The notes below the pieces were generated by a model. That model was not told the DNA's origin and searched no databases. It saw only the letters and a list, made by a program, of their open reading frames with translations. This document shows positions 20,911 through 31,325 of a stretch of 64,000 nt of DNA, in pieces. The stretch's first letter is position 1, and every line of letters begins with the position of its first letter. The stretch covers positions 2,760 to 66,759 of the forward strand of contig JAJZGX010000002.1 of assembly GCA_021804825.1 (NCBI GenBank), given 5' to 3'. The stretch is from Pseudomonadota bacterium (GTDB lineage Bacteria > Pseudomonadota > Alphaproteobacteria > Rhizobiales > Beijerinckiaceae). A program made the position numbers and the translations under genes.

Positions 20911-21690
20911 ATGAGGGAGAGCGCGCCGCTTCTTGATGTCGTCGGCGTCAGCATGCGGTTTGGCGGCATTGTCGCGCTCAAGGATGTGAGCTTTTCCCTA
21001 GCCCCTGAAAAGATATGCGGGCTGATCGGCCCGAATGGCGCCGGGAAAACCACGCTGTTCAACTGCCTGTCACGGCTCTATGATGTGTCGGAAGGCAGCA
21101 TCACCTTTGCCGGAACATCGCTGCTGGGGCTGCATCGCCACGACATCGCCCGGCTCGGAATTGCCCGCACATTCCAGAATGTTGCGCTGTTCAACGAGAT
21201 GAGCGTTCTGGAAAATGTCATGGTTGGGGCGCACGGACTGGGACGCGCCGGCTTCGTCGCGGCAGCGCTGCGGCGACGGGCCGAGCGCGACGAAGAAAAA
21301 CTCATTCTTGCCCGGGCAGAAAGCCTGATCGAGGAATTCGGTCTCAATGCCATCGCCCACCGCGCCGTCGGGCAATTGCCGTTCGGCACGCGCAAACGTG
21401 TGGAAATGGCGCGGGCCTTGGCCATGAACCCGCGCCTGCTGCTGCTGGATGAACCGGCCGCCGGCCTCAACCATGAGGAAGTCGAGGGCCTGATCGCCGA
21501 AATCCGCGCCATTCGTGATCGTCGCAAGGTCGCGGTGCTGCTGGTCGAGCATCACATGAACCTCGTCATGCGCGTGTCGGATCAGGTTGTCGCGCTCAAT
21601 TTTGGCCGGGTCATTGCCGATGGCACGCCGGCCCATGTGCAGGCCGATGCGCAAGTGCTGAAAGCCTATCTGGGAGATGAGGCCGCATGA
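20911..21690 (+). CDS. Branched-chain-amino-acid-type (HAAT family) ABC transporter ATP-binding protein, LivG-like
   Basis: Start re-set to ATG 20911 (MRESAPLLDVVGVSMRFGG). Walker A GPNGAGKTT and the LivG-specific insertion with C-terminal tail. Confidence 0.9.
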   Translation: MRESAPLLDVVGVSMRFGGIVALKDVSFSLAPEKICGLIGPNGAGKTTLFNCLSRLYDVSEGSITFAGTSLLGLHRHDIARLGIARTFQNVALFNEMSVLENVMVGAHGLGRAGFVAAALRRRAERDEEKLILARAESLIEEFGLNAIAHRAVGQLPFGTRKRVEMARALAMNPRLLLLDEPAAGLNHEEVEGLIAEIRAIRDRRKVAVLLVEHHMNLVMRVSDQVVALNFGRVIADGTPAHVQADAQVLKAYLGDEAA

Positions 21691-22400
21691 CGATCCTGCT
21701 CGATGTCAAAGGCCTCAAGGCAGGCTATGGGCCGGTTGAAGTGGTACATGGCCTGGATTTCACGGTCGAGGACGGCGGCGTGACGGCGCTGCTCGGTGCC
21801 AATGGCGCGGGCAAGACCACCATTTTGCGGGCGCTCTGCGGCATGATCCGGCGCGAAGGCAGCCTGCTGTTCGAGGGCCGCGACCTCTGCCCCATGACTA
21901 CCGAAGAGATCGTGCGCCGAGGCATCGCACATGTGCCGGACGGGCGCGGCACCTTCACTGGTCTGACAGTTTCGGAAAACTTGACGCTGGGGGCCTATGT
22001 GCGGCGCGACAAAGCCGCGATTGCCGATGATCTGGCTGAGATATTCGCGCTGTTCCCACGCCTGAAAGAGCGGCTTTTCCAGCAGGCGGGCACCTTGTCG
22101 GGCGGGGAGCAACAAATGCTCGCCATCGCCCGTGCGCTGATGTTGCGCCCGCGTCTGCTGTTGCTGGACGAGCCGTCCTTCGGCCTCGCGCCACTGGTAG
22201 TCAAGGATATTTTCGCGACCCTGCGCGAGATCAATGCCAAGCGCAAGGTCAGCTTGCTGATCGTCGAGCAGAATGCCCGCGCCGCCCTTGATCTGGCCGA
22301 TCATGCCGTGCTGATCGAAACCGGCACTGTGGCTTTGGCCGGGCCCGCCAGCCTTGTCAGCGCCGATGATGCGGTGCGCCGCGCCTATCTTGGTTATTGA
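21687..22400 (+). CDS. HAAT-family ABC transporter ATP-binding protein, LivF-like
   Basis: 237 aa with GANGAGKTT and LSGGEQQMLAIARAL. ATGA overlap with the preceding gene. Confidence 0.92.
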   Translation: MTILLDVKGLKAGYGPVEVVHGLDFTVEDGGVTALLGANGAGKTTILRALCGMIRREGSLLFEGRDLCPMTTEEIVRRGIAHVPDGRGTFTGLTVSENLTLGAYVRRDKAAIADDLAEIFALFPRLKERLFQQAGTLSGGEQQMLAIARALMLRPRLLLLDEPSFGLAPLVVKDIFATLREINAKRKVSLLIVEQNARAALDLADHAVLIETGTVALAGPASLVSADDAVRRAYLGY

Positions 22401-22412
22401 GGGAACTTGCCG

Positions 22413-23285
22413 ATGACAGCCTTCCTCAACCAATGTTTTTCCGGCCTCGCCATGGGCGGCATCTTTGCCATTCTGGCGCTGTCGCTGGTGATGATTTTCC
22501 AGGCGACGGCGCTGCTCAATTTTGCGCAGGGCGAAATGGCCATGGCTTCGACCTATCTGGCCTGGCAACTGATCCAGCACGGCGTGCCTTACTGGCTGGC
22601 CTTTGTCCTGACGGTCATTTTGTCATTTGCAGCCGGGGTGCTGATTGAACGACTGATCATCCGCCGCTTTGCCAGCGCGCCGGTGCTGACGGTGGTGATC
22701 GTGTTCATCGCGCTGGTGTTCATCATCGACAGTATGGTCGGCTGGATTTTCGGCTACCAGTTGCAGGAATTTCCCTCGCCTTTTCCCGAACATAATTGGT
22801 TCAATAACCCGCTGGTATCCTCGCACCAATCGGGAATATTGCTCGTGACCCTGGTGGTGATGAGTGTGGTATGGGCATTTTTCCGCTTCACGACGCTGGG
22901 CCTCGCCATGCGGGCGGCGGCACAAAATCCGGCATCAAGCCGCCTCGTGGGTATCAAGGTCGGCTGGATGCTGGCGCTGGGCTGGGGCCTTGCCGCGGCG
23001 ATTGGCGCGATTGCCGGCATGATGGCCGCGCCCATCGTCTATCTCGATCCCTCGATGATGAGTTCACTGCTGCTTTACGGCTTTGCCGGCGCCGTGCTGG
23101 GCGGCATCAACAACCCGTGGGGTGCGGTGCTGGGAGGCTTGCTCGTGGGTGTCAGTGTCAATCTGGTGGGCGCCTATCTCGTGGGCACCCAGCTACAACT
23201 CGCGGTGGCACTGACGATGATCATAGGCATCCTGCTGGTTCGCCCTTCCGGCCTGTTCGGCCATACAATCGTGACGCGGGTTTAG
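22413..23285 (+). CDS. HAAT-family ABC transporter permease, LivH-like
   Basis: The ORF track starts at TTG 22407; ATG 22413 with a GAGGGA RBS is preferred. It is a multi-TM protein (..FAQGEMAM..). Confidence 0.88.
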   Translation: MTAFLNQCFSGLAMGGIFAILALSLVMIFQATALLNFAQGEMAMASTYLAWQLIQHGVPYWLAFVLTVILSFAAGVLIERLIIRRFASAPVLTVVIVFIALVFIIDSMVGWIFGYQLQEFPSPFPEHNWFNNPLVSSHQSGILLVTLVVMSVVWAFFRFTTLGLAMRAAAQNPASSRLVGIKVGWMLALGWGLAAAIGAIAGMMAAPIVYLDPSMMSSLLLYGFAGAVLGGINNPWGAVLGGLLVGVSVNLVGAYLVGTQLQLAVALTMIIGILLVRPSGLFGHTIVTRV

Positions 23286-23289
23286 AGCC

Positions 23290-24402
23290 ATGAGCGCCAT
23301 CGCAGGCATCAAACCGCAAGCCGCAAGCGTCCCGCAACGCAAATTCGGCCGGGCTCCGGCCTTCGCTGCGGCGTTGATCGCGGGCATTCTTCTGGCTTTC
23401 AATGCTAGCGGTTATCATCTGTTTCAATATGCCCAGGTGCTGATCTACATGATCGCGCTGATCGGTCTCAACCTGCTGACCGGCTTCAACGGTTCGATCT
23501 CGCTCGGGCATGGTGCATTTTTTGCCATTGGCGGCTATGGCGCGGCGATTTTGATGGCACATCTGGGCGTCGCCTGGTGGCTGACCTTGCCGATCATGGC
23601 ATTCATCTGCTTTGGCGCCGGGTTCGGCTTTGGCATGCCGGCGCTGCGGCTTGAAGGGCTTTATCTGGCACTGGCCACCTTCGCGCTGGCCATCACCATG
23701 CCGGGCATTCTCAATTACAAGCACTTTGACGCTTATACCGGCGGCACCAGCGGCCTGCAGGTCGATAAGCCGAAAGTGCCGCTGCATCTGCCGCTCAACC
23801 AGGATCAATGGCTGTTTTTATGTTGTCTTGCGGCGGCCATGCTGATGCTGTTCATCGCCCAGAATCTGGTGGCCAGTCGGGTAGGCCGGGCAATGGTAGC
23901 ACTGCGCGATCATCCAATTGCGGCACAGACCATGGGCGTGAATTCAGCCATGGTGAAGGCCACCTGCTTTGGCGTCGCCGCGCTTTATGCCGGGGTCGCC
24001 GGGGCGCTCGATGCAGCTCTGGTCGGTTTTGTGGCTCCCGACAGTTACAGCGTGTTCCTGTCGCTTTCCCTTCTGGTCGGCATGGTGGTGGGAGGGCTCG
24101 GCTCGCTGTGGGGCATGCTGGCGGGGGCGATTTTTATCGAATTTGTGCCCAATCTGGCCGATTCGTTCTCGGACATGTTTGGCGAAAGCGCCAAGGCTCT
24201 GCCCTGGGCGGTCTATGGCGTATTTCTCATCGCGATCTTGCTTCTGGCCCCGCATGGCATTGCGGGCGCCGTGCAACGTGTTGTCGCATTTGTGCGCGGG
24301 TTGATGGCGAAGGCTTCACCCAACCTCACACCCGAATTACCGGCCATTTCGGCCGGCAACCAACCTGCGGAACAAAACCACAGGACAACCCAAGGGAGCT
24401 AA
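23290..24402 (+). CDS. HAAT-family ABC transporter permease, LivM-like
   Basis: 370 aa, multi-TM, with the ..GSISLGHGAFFAIGGY.. motif typical of LivM. Confidence 0.88.
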   Translation: MSAIAGIKPQAASVPQRKFGRAPAFAAALIAGILLAFNASGYHLFQYAQVLIYMIALIGLNLLTGFNGSISLGHGAFFAIGGYGAAILMAHLGVAWWLTLPIMAFICFGAGFGFGMPALRLEGLYLALATFALAITMPGILNYKHFDAYTGGTSGLQVDKPKVPLHLPLNQDQWLFLCCLAAAMLMLFIAQNLVASRVGRAMVALRDHPIAAQTMGVNSAMVKATCFGVAALYAGVAGALDAALVGFVAPDSYSVFLSLSLLVGMVVGGLGSLWGMLAGAIFIEFVPNLADSFSDMFGESAKALPWAVYGVFLIAILLLAPHGIAGAVQRVVAFVRGLMAKASPNLTPELPAISAGNQPAEQNHRTTQGS

Positions 24403-24406
24403 CACC

Positions 24407-25612
24407 ATGATATCACGTCGCGAACTGCTAGCCACAGGCGCAGCTGCCACGGTGGCGACAGGGGCAACTCTACCGGCCCTTGCCGCAAATGCACCCGGCG
24501 TTACCGCCACCGAAATCCGCATTGGCCAGACCATGCCTTATTCCGGCCCGGCTTCAGCCTATGGCATTATCGGACGCACCGAAGCGGCCTATTTCAAAAT
24601 GCTCAATGCCAAGGGTGGCATCAACGGCCGCAAGATCAATCTGATCAGCCTCGATGATGGCTATAGCCCACCCAAAGCCGTCGAGGACATCCGCCGTCTG
24701 GTCGAGCAGGAAAAAGTTGCCTTCATTTTCCAGAGCCTCGGCACGCCGTCCAATGCGGCCATCATGAAATATCTCAACAACGCCAAAATTCCGCAATTGT
24801 TTGTCGCGACCGGCGCGGCGATTTTCAGCGATCCCAAGCATTTTCCATGGACGATGGGCTTCAACCCGAATTACCAGGCGGAAGCCGCGATCTATGCCAA
24901 GCATATCCTCGCCAATAATCCCAAAGCCAAAATAGGCGTGCTTTATCAGAACGATGATTTCGGACAGGATTATCTCGTCGGGCTGAAGTCGGTGCTGACC
25001 GGTGACAAGGCCAGCATGATCACCAAGACGGTATCCTACGAAGTCTCCGAACCCACTGTTGAATCGCAGATCGTCACGTTGCAAGGCGCGGGCGTTGACG
25101 TGATGCTCTTTGCTGCGACGCCGAAATTCGGGGCGCAGGCTGTGCACAAATCTTTCGCCGTCGGCTTCAAGGGCGTGCGCTACCTTTCGAATGTTTCGGC
25201 AGCATTTCCGATTTTGAAGGCGGCGGGACTCGATGCCGCAAAGGGCTTGCTGACCGCGGCCTATGTCAAGGACACATCCGACCCGGCCCTCGCCAAGGAT
25301 GCGGGTTATATGGAATGGGCGGCTTTCTGCGGCAAATACATGGACAAGAATGCAGTGGTCGATGGCAATGCCGCTTATGGCTATGCCGCGGCACAGACCA
25401 TGGCCCAGGTGCTGAAACAATGTGGCAATGACCTGTCGCGCGCCAACATCCTGAAACAGGCCCAAAGCCTGAAGGATTTCACCTGCGCGACACTGTTGCC
25501 GGGCATCACGCTCAACACGTCGGCGACCAATTATTCACCGATCCGCGCGCTGCAAATCCAGGACTTCGATGGTGCGCATTGGAAATCGGTCGGCGGTTTG
25601 ATCCATAGCTGA
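24407..25612 (+). CDS. HAAT-family periplasmic substrate-binding protein (type I PBP) with Tat-like signal
   Basis: 401 aa. MISRRELLATGAAATVATGATLPALAANA is a twin-arginine-like leader. Leu/Ile/Val-binding-protein fold features and an AAGGGAG RBS. The ligand is unknown. Confidence 0.85.
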   Translation: MISRRELLATGAAATVATGATLPALAANAPGVTATEIRIGQTMPYSGPASAYGIIGRTEAAYFKMLNAKGGINGRKINLISLDDGYSPPKAVEDIRRLVEQEKVAFIFQSLGTPSNAAIMKYLNNAKIPQLFVATGAAIFSDPKHFPWTMGFNPNYQAEAAIYAKHILANNPKAKIGVLYQNDDFGQDYLVGLKSVLTGDKASMITKTVSYEVSEPTVESQIVTLQGAGVDVMLFAATPKFGAQAVHKSFAVGFKGVRYLSNVSAAFPILKAAGLDAAKGLLTAAYVKDTSDPALAKDAGYMEWAAFCGKYMDKNAVVDGNAAYGYAAAQTMAQVLKQCGNDLSRANILKQAQSLKDFTCATLLPGITLNTSATNYSPIRALQIQDFDGAHWKSVGGLIHS

Positions 25613-25623
25613 CAAAGCCCGGC

Positions 25624-26121
25624 TTACGCCGCCAGCACCAAGCCGCTGGCGGCGGCAAAGCTGCCTTGCTCGAGTTCGCAGACCAGCAACCGTGCCGGAT
25701 CAACGGGGCCCGGCATGGTGATTTGTGCCGGTTTGACTTTGGAAAATCCATGGCGCCCGTAATAGGGCAAATCGCCAACCAGCAGCACGAAGCCGTGGTG
25801 GGCGGCGCGTGCGGCCTCAAGCGAGCTGGCAATGAGCCTGCCGCCAATGCCGTGGTTGCGGAAGGCCGGTTCAACCGTCAGCGGGCCAAGCAGCAGCGCT
25901 GACAGATCGCCGCAGCGAATCAAGGTCATGCGGTTGGCACCCACCATCATCGTGCCGATGCGTGCGAGGCGGGAAAGCCCGAGCTCCGGCATGCCGCCCT
26001 CGCGCAGGCGGTAAGCACTGCGCGCAAAACGCCCGGGGCCGAAGACCCGGGCATCCAGCCGCTCGATCAGTGGCAAATCGATGTCACGCCACGCCTCGAT
26101 GCTGACAGCAAGTTCCGACAC
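25624..26121 (-). CDS. GNAT-family N-acetyltransferase
   Basis: 165 aa from a GTG start. The acetyl-CoA motif region is ..VEPAFRNHGIGGRLI.. and the C-terminal part is ..PYYGRHGF.. Confidence 0.75.
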   Translation of the reverse strand: MSELAVSIEAWRDIDLPLIERLDARVFGPGRFARSAYRLREGGMPELGLSRLARIGTMMVGANRMTLIRCGDLSALLLGPLTVEPAFRNHGIGGRLIASSLEAARAAHHGFVLLVGDLPYYGRHGFSKVKPAQITMPGPVDPARLLVCELEQGSFAAASGLVLAA

Positions 26122-26136
26122 GCCTTGATCCTGCCC

Positions 26137-26391
26137 TTAAGACTGCGAGCCGCGCACCATGTGGTAGGCATAGAGCACGATAACCGCGCCAAAGATCGAC
26201 ATGATGATGCCGTACAGGCCGAAATGATCGATACCAACATGAAACAACAACTGGCCGATGAAGCCGCCGACAAAAGCGCCGACCACGCCAATGACAATGT
26301 CCATCACCAGGCCCGATCCGGATTTGTTGACGATTTTACTACCGATGAACCCGGCAATCAGCCCCATGACCAGAATAGAAATAATGCCCAT
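26137..26391 (-). CDS. GlsB/YeaQ/YmgE-family small membrane (stress) protein
   Basis: Start re-set to ATG 26391 behind GGAGG: MGIISILVMGLIAGFIGSKIV..IVIGVVGAFVGGFI.. Glycine-zipper TM helices, 84 aa. Confidence 0.8.
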   Translation of the reverse strand: MGIISILVMGLIAGFIGSKIVNKSGSGLVMDIVIGVVGAFVGGFIGQLLFHVGIDHFGLYGIIMSIFGAVIVLYAYHMVRGSQS

Positions 26392-26609
26392 GACTTGTCC
26401 TCCCAACCCTGCCACGCAAAGGACGGCAGCCCGTCCTTGGTACTAGGCTAAGGCGGAATCGGGGGGCAAGGCAAGCGGCAAGTGATATCATCGTCGTTTG
26501 AGCCCGCCGACCCAGCCGCTGCCATCGGCCTAGTGGCGGCGGCGCGGCCTTGGCGCGAGCCGCGCTGCAAATTCGCTTCGCGGGGCGAAAAATGTGCTAG
26601 GAAGCCGCC

Positions 26610-27788
26610 ATGGAAACCATGAACTCACCTGCAAATACCAGATCGACGCGCTCATTGGCTGGCCTGACGCGCGCCGATCTAGGTCTCGCGCTGGCGAGCC
26701 TCGATGTGCCCGAGCGCGAAATCCGCATGCGCACTGCGCAGCTTTGGCACTGGATCTACCATCGCGGGGTCCGCGATTTTGATGCCATGGCCAATATAGC
26801 CAAGCCATTGCGACTCAAGCTCGCAGAACATTTCACGCTCGCACGCCCGCAGGTAGTATCAGCGCAGCTATCCGCCGATGGCACGCGCAAATGGCTGATG
26901 CGCATGCCGCCGGTGGATGCGCGAGACAAGGGCGCGGAAATCGAGTGCGTCTACATCCCCGAGCATGATCGCGGGACGCTTTGTGTGTCGAGCCAGGTCG
27001 GCTGCACTCTCACGTGCACGTTTTGCCACACCGGCACGCAAAGGCTGGTGCGCAATCTCACCACGCAGGATATTGTGGCGCAACTTCTGGTCGCACGTGA
27101 TCTTCTGGGAGATTTTCCCGGCGCCACCGCGCCGACCGATGGTCTCGTTCCCGGCGAGGGCAACCGCGCCGTTTCCAATATCGTTTTCATGGGCATGGGC
27201 GAGCCTTTGTATAATTTCGACGCGGTGCGCGATGCCGTTGATGTCATGAGCGACGGTGACGGCCTGTCGTTGTCGCGCCGGCGCATCACCGTCTCGACCT
27301 CCGGGGTCGTGCCGGAAATTCCGCGTCTTGGCGCCGAAAGCGGCCCGATGTTGGCGATTTCGCTGCACGCCACGTCCGATGAATTGCGCAACAAGCTCGT
27401 GCCGCTGAACAAGCGCTATCCGATTGCCGATTTGCTGCAGGCCTGCAGGGATTATCCCGGCGCGTCCAACGCCCGGCGCATCACCTTCGAATATGTCATG
27501 CTCAAAGGCATCAATGATTCGCCGGCCGAAGCGCGCGAACTGGTGCGGCTGTTGAAACACATTCCGGCCAAGATCAACCTGATCCCCTTCAACCCCTGGC
27601 CGGGTGCGCTTTATGAGTGCTCCGATTGGGCGACGATCGAGCGCTTTTCCGACATCGTCTTCAATGCAGGTTATGCCAGCCCCGTGCGCACACCGCGTGG
27701 ACGCGACATTCTCGCCGCCTGCGGCCAGCTCAAAAGCGAAACCGAAAAACTTCGTGCACGCGCCAGACTGGCGATTGACGAAGGCTGA
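26610..27788 (+). CDS. rlmN: 23S rRNA (adenine2503-C2)-methyltransferase / tRNA m2A37 methyltransferase, radical SAM
   Basis: 392 aa with the CxxxCxxC cluster ([13 protein letters not shown]), ..[11 protein letters not shown].., ..TVSTSG.. and ..ACGQL.. Confidence 0.95.
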   Translation: METMNSPANTRSTRSLAGLTRADLGLALASLDVPEREIRMRTAQLWHWIYHRGVRDFDAMANIAKPLRLKLAEHFTLARPQVVSAQLSADGTRKWLMRMPPVDARDKGAEIECVYIPEHDRGTLCVSSQVGCTLTCTFCHTGTQRLVRNLTTQDIVAQLLVARDLLGDFPGATAPTDGLVPGEGNRAVSNIVFMGMGEPLYNFDAVRDAVDVMSDGDGLSLSRRRITVSTSGVVPEIPRLGAESGPMLAISLHATSDELRNKLVPLNKRYPIADLLQACRDYPGASNARRITFEYVMLKGINDSPAEARELVRLLKHIPAKINLIPFNPWPGALYECSDWATIERFSDIVFNAGYASPVRTPRGRDILAACGQLKSETEKLRARARLAIDEG

Positions 27789-28118
27789 TCCACAAGGCCG
27801 CAGCATTGACCCAAATGAACCGCAAAAACGGCGCCTTGCCCGCGCCAATGCGCACTGGAACGGTGCAAAATTCGGGACAAAGTGGAGCGGTAGTGACGAG
27901 CCATCAAGGCGAAAAAACGCCCTCCACGGGCCTTTGGCGCAACTGTTCGCGCCAATGTTGGCTAAAATGCTAGCACATTGAGGCGAACTTGGGCTTGCAA
28001 TGGGGAACGATTTAAGCTTCAACTGTCGTGGCTGATCTGTGCTCGACATGGGCAGACAAGCTGGACGCGCGACTACAAGCTGCGCCGGCTGCGGGTTGTA
28101 GCGGGGGGTGTGACAGGC

Positions 28119-29036
28119 ATGGATTTATTCCTGCAAGAGTTGATCAATGGCGTGACGCTGGGCGCGATTTATGGTCTGATCGCCATTGGCTACACGATGG
28201 TTTATGGCATCATCGGCATGGTGAATTTCGCCCACGGCGATGTGTTCATGCTTTCCGCCTTCATTGCGCTGCTGTTTTTGCTGCTGCTGACGCAGAAACT
28301 GGGCGTCACGTTCATGCCAGTGGTCTTTGTGCTGGCGGCACTGGGGTCCATGTTGATGACCTCGGTCTGGAACTGGGCCATCGAGCGGATCGCTTATCGG
28401 CCATTGCGCGGGTCGTTTCGACTGGCGCCGCTGATTTCGGCGATCGGCATGTCGATCTTTCTGTCAAATTTCGTGCAGGTGGCGCAGGGGCCGCGCAACA
28501 AGCCGATTGCCAATCCCTTCGGCCGGTCCATCAATCTGACCCATGGTGGCCAGTTTGACGTGACCATGTCCTACAGCGACATCATCATTGTCGTGGTGAC
28601 CATCGTGCTGTTGGCGGGTTTCTGGTTCATGGTGCGCTACACGTCGCTGGGGCGTTCGCAACGCGCCTGCGAGCAGGACATGAAAATGGCGGCGCTGCTG
28701 GGCGTTGATGTCAACCGCACGGTGTCTTTGACCTTCATCATTGGCGCGGCGCTCGCGGCGGTGGCCGGGTCGCTCTATCTCATGAAATACGGCGTCATAA
28801 ACTTTGCCGATGGCTTTTTGCCGGGCACCAAGGCCTTTACGGCGGCGGTGCTTGGCGGCATCGGCTCGTTGCCGGGGGCGGTTCTGGGCGGCTTGCTGAT
28901 TGGGCTGATCGAGACGTTCTGGTCAGCCTATTTCTCGACGGATTACAAAGACATCGCCGCTTTCTCGATATTGGCGATCACGCTGGTGTTCCTGCCCTCG
29001 GGACTGCTGGGTCGTCCCGAAGTGGAGAAGGTCTGA
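28119..29036 (+). CDS. braD: High-affinity branched-chain amino acid ABC transporter permease
   Basis: Start re-set to ATG 28119 (MDLFLQELINGVTLGAIYGLIAIGYTMVYGIIGMVNFAHGD..). Classical LivH/BraD sequence. Confidence 0.93.
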   Translation: MDLFLQELINGVTLGAIYGLIAIGYTMVYGIIGMVNFAHGDVFMLSAFIALLFLLLLTQKLGVTFMPVVFVLAALGSMLMTSVWNWAIERIAYRPLRGSFRLAPLISAIGMSIFLSNFVQVAQGPRNKPIANPFGRSINLTHGGQFDVTMSYSDIIIVVVTIVLLAGFWFMVRYTSLGRSQRACEQDMKMAALLGVDVNRTVSLTFIIGAALAAVAGSLYLMKYGVINFADGFLPGTKAFTAAVLGGIGSLPGAVLGGLLIGLIETFWSAYFSTDYKDIAAFSILAITLVFLPSGLLGRPEVEKV

Positions 29037-29040
29037 TTTC

Positions 29041-30414
29041 ATGAGCGTGACCACGAAACCTGAGCGCGCCTCCGGCCAACCCGATATTGCAGAAGCGCTG
29101 AAGCAGGCGGTTTGGGCGGCGCTGGCGGCCATAGCGCTGTCAATCCCGATTCTGTTATTCCGGGCCGGAGCCAATATCAACAACATGCTCGTCGTCACCG
29201 CACGGCCGGTGTTGGTGGCTGGCCTTGTTGCCGCGATATTCGTTGCCCGGTTCTTGATCGTCATTTGGCAATCGGGCCGCACCACCAGAACCAAATCTGC
29301 GGGATTTGCGATTTCACCGCAAACAGCCTTCAGACTGAAAGGCTTGCTGGTTGTCCTGCTGATCGCCTATCCCTTCATCATGTATGGGTTGACCGGGCCG
29401 CTTGGCTCGCTGAAATGGATCAACAATTACGGCATCCAGATCCTGATTTACGTGATGCTCGGCTGGGGCTTGAACATCGTCGTCGGCCTGGCCGGCCTGC
29501 TTGATCTTGGCTATGTCGCCTTTTACGCGGTGGGTGCCTATTCCTATGCCCTGCTTTCCACGAAATTCGGGCTATCATTCTGGATTTGTCTGCCGCTCGC
29601 CGGGCTATTGGCATCGCTTTGGGGCATGATCCTCGGGTTTCCCGTCCTGCGACTGCGTGGTGATTATCTGGCGATCGTGACATTGGCCTTTGGTGAGATC
29701 ATCCGCATGATCTTGATCAACTGGACGGCCTTTTCCAATGGCTATGCGGGGATTTCATCCATTCCGCATGTCAGCTTTTTTGGGCTGCCATTTGAAGATG
29801 ATGACAGCCACCCCACTTTCGCGTCATTTTTTCATCTGCACTACAAGCCGATCCAGCAGACAATTTTCCTGTATTTCCTGATCCTCGGGCTGTCGCTGCT
29901 GACCTATTTCGTGACGATGCGGATTCGCCGCCTGCCGATCGGCCGCGCCTGGGAGGCCCTGCGCGAAGATGAAATTGCCTGCCGCTCGCTGGGCATCAAC
30001 ACGACCATCACCAAACTCACGGCTTTTTCGCTGGGCGCCATGTTCGCCGGTTTCGCGGGCTCGTTCTTCGCTGTGCGTCAAGGCTTCGTGAGCCCCGACA
30101 GTTTCACCTTCATCGAATCGGCGACGATCCTTGCGATTGTCGTGCTCGGTGGTCTTGGATCGCAAATCGGTGTGGCTTTCGCCGCGGCACTGATGATTGG
30201 CGGCACGGAAATTCTTCGTGAATTGGGCTTTCTCAAATATGTTTTCGGACCGCAGTTCGATCCAGTGCAATATCGCATGCTGATTTTCGGGGCAGGCATG
30301 GTGGTCATGATGATTTTCAGGCCGCGCGGCTTGGTTTCGACGCGCACGCCTTCAATTTTCCTCAATGAGGCGCGGACGATTTCCAGTGCCAATGTCAAAG
30401 AAGGGCACGGCTGA
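29041..30414 (+). CDS. braE: High-affinity branched-chain amino acid ABC transporter permease (long LivM form)
   Basis: 457 aa with an N-terminal extension plus the LivM core (..LLDLGYVAFYAVGAY..). Confidence 0.92.
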   Translation: MSVTTKPERASGQPDIAEALKQAVWAALAAIALSIPILLFRAGANINNMLVVTARPVLVAGLVAAIFVARFLIVIWQSGRTTRTKSAGFAISPQTAFRLKGLLVVLLIAYPFIMYGLTGPLGSLKWINNYGIQILIYVMLGWGLNIVVGLAGLLDLGYVAFYAVGAYSYALLSTKFGLSFWICLPLAGLLASLWGMILGFPVLRLRGDYLAIVTLAFGEIIRMILINWTAFSNGYAGISSIPHVSFFGLPFEDDDSHPTFASFFHLHYKPIQQTIFLYFLILGLSLLTYFVTMRIRRLPIGRAWEALREDEIACRSLGINTTITKLTAFSLGAMFAGFAGSFFAVRQGFVSPDSFTFIESATILAIVVLGGLGSQIGVAFAAALMIGGTEILRELGFLKYVFGPQFDPVQYRMLIFGAGMVVMMIFRPRGLVSTRTPSIFLNEARTISSANVKEGHG

Positions 30415-31325
30415 TGCGCTGGGAAAGCGATCCGCTGCTGGCGGTTGACCATTTGAGCATGGTTTTCGGCGGGTTGACGGCGGTCAATGATGTGTCATTC
30501 AACGTCGGGCGCGGCGACATCACCGCCCTCATCGGCCCCAATGGCGCTGGCAAGACCACGGTCTTCAATTGCGTGACGGGTTTTTACAAGCCCACCACAG
30601 GCCGTTTGGCGCTGGCGCGCCAGGGCAAGGTCGAGACCGGGCCGGTGGAAAGCCTGACCCAGTCCGGTGGTCGGCGTGCCCAGACTGCGGACTATGACCT
30701 CTATCTGCTGGAGCGTCTGCCGGGTTACGAGGTGGCGCGCGAGGCGCGGGTGGCCCGCACCTTTCAGAATATCCGGCTGTTTTCAGGCATGACCGTTCTT
30801 GAAAATCTGATTGTCGCGCAACATACGCCGCTGATGGCGGCCTCCGGCTACAGCCTGCTCGGCTTGATCGGCGCGCCGTCGTTCCGTCGCCGCCAGGCGG
30901 AAGCTGTTGACCTTGCCCGACACTGGCTCGACCGCATCGGCCTTACCGACCGGGCGGACGATGCTGCGGGTGAACTGCCCTATGGCGCGCAGCGCCGCCT
31001 GGAGATTGCCCGCGCCATGTGCACCAAGCCGGTGCTGCTGTGCCTTGATGAACCCGCCGCTGGCCTCAACCCGCGGGAATCGGCGGAACTGAACACGCTG
31101 CTGCGTTCAATCCGCGATAACGATGGCGTTTCGGTGTTCCTGATCGAGCACGACATGTCTGTTGTCATGCAGATTTCCGACCATGTCATCGTGCTCGATT
31201 ACGGCATCAAGATTGCCGACGGCGCGCCATCTGACGTGCGCAGCGATCCCAAAGTCATTGCCGCCTATCTCGGTGTCGCCGACGAGGCCGAAGTTGATGC
31301 AGCCGAAGCGGAGATGCGCTCATGA
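30414..31325 (+). CDS. braF: Branched-chain amino acid ABC transporter ATP-binding protein
   Basis: 303 aa with GPNGAGKTT and LPYGAQRRLEIARA. LivG type with an internal insertion. ATGA-type overlap with braE. Confidence 0.93.
   Translation: MRWESDPLLAVDHLSMVFGGLTAVNDVSFNVGRGDITALIGPNGAGKTTVFNCVTGFYKPTTGRLALARQGKVETGPVESLTQSGGRRAQTADYDLYLLERLPGYEVAREARVARTFQNIRLFSGMTVLENLIVAQHTPLMAASGYSLLGLIGAPSFRRRQAEAVDLARHWLDRIGLTDRADDAAGELPYGAQRRLEIARAMCTKPVLLCLDEPAAGLNPRESAELNTLLRSIRDNDGVSVFLIEHDMSVVMQISDHVIVLDYGIKIADGAPSDVRSDPKVIAAYLGVADEAEVDAAEAEMRS

Noticed and set aside
26419-26438. Perfect 8-bp hairpin aaggacgg-cagc-ccgtcctt upstream of the YeaQ-like gene. I also searched the same spacer for an EcfG-type general stress promoter (GGAAC-n16/17-CGTT).
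   Set aside because: The hairpin has no T-run on either strand. I found no GGAAC/CGTT pair in the spacer, so I make no regulatory call.
27930-27960. Sigma-54-like element (tTGGCGCaactgTTCGCg) in the 330-nt spacer upstream of braD
   Set aside because: The GG-to-GC spacing is one nucleotide too long and the -12 element reads TTCGC rather than TTGC. That is not enough for a call.
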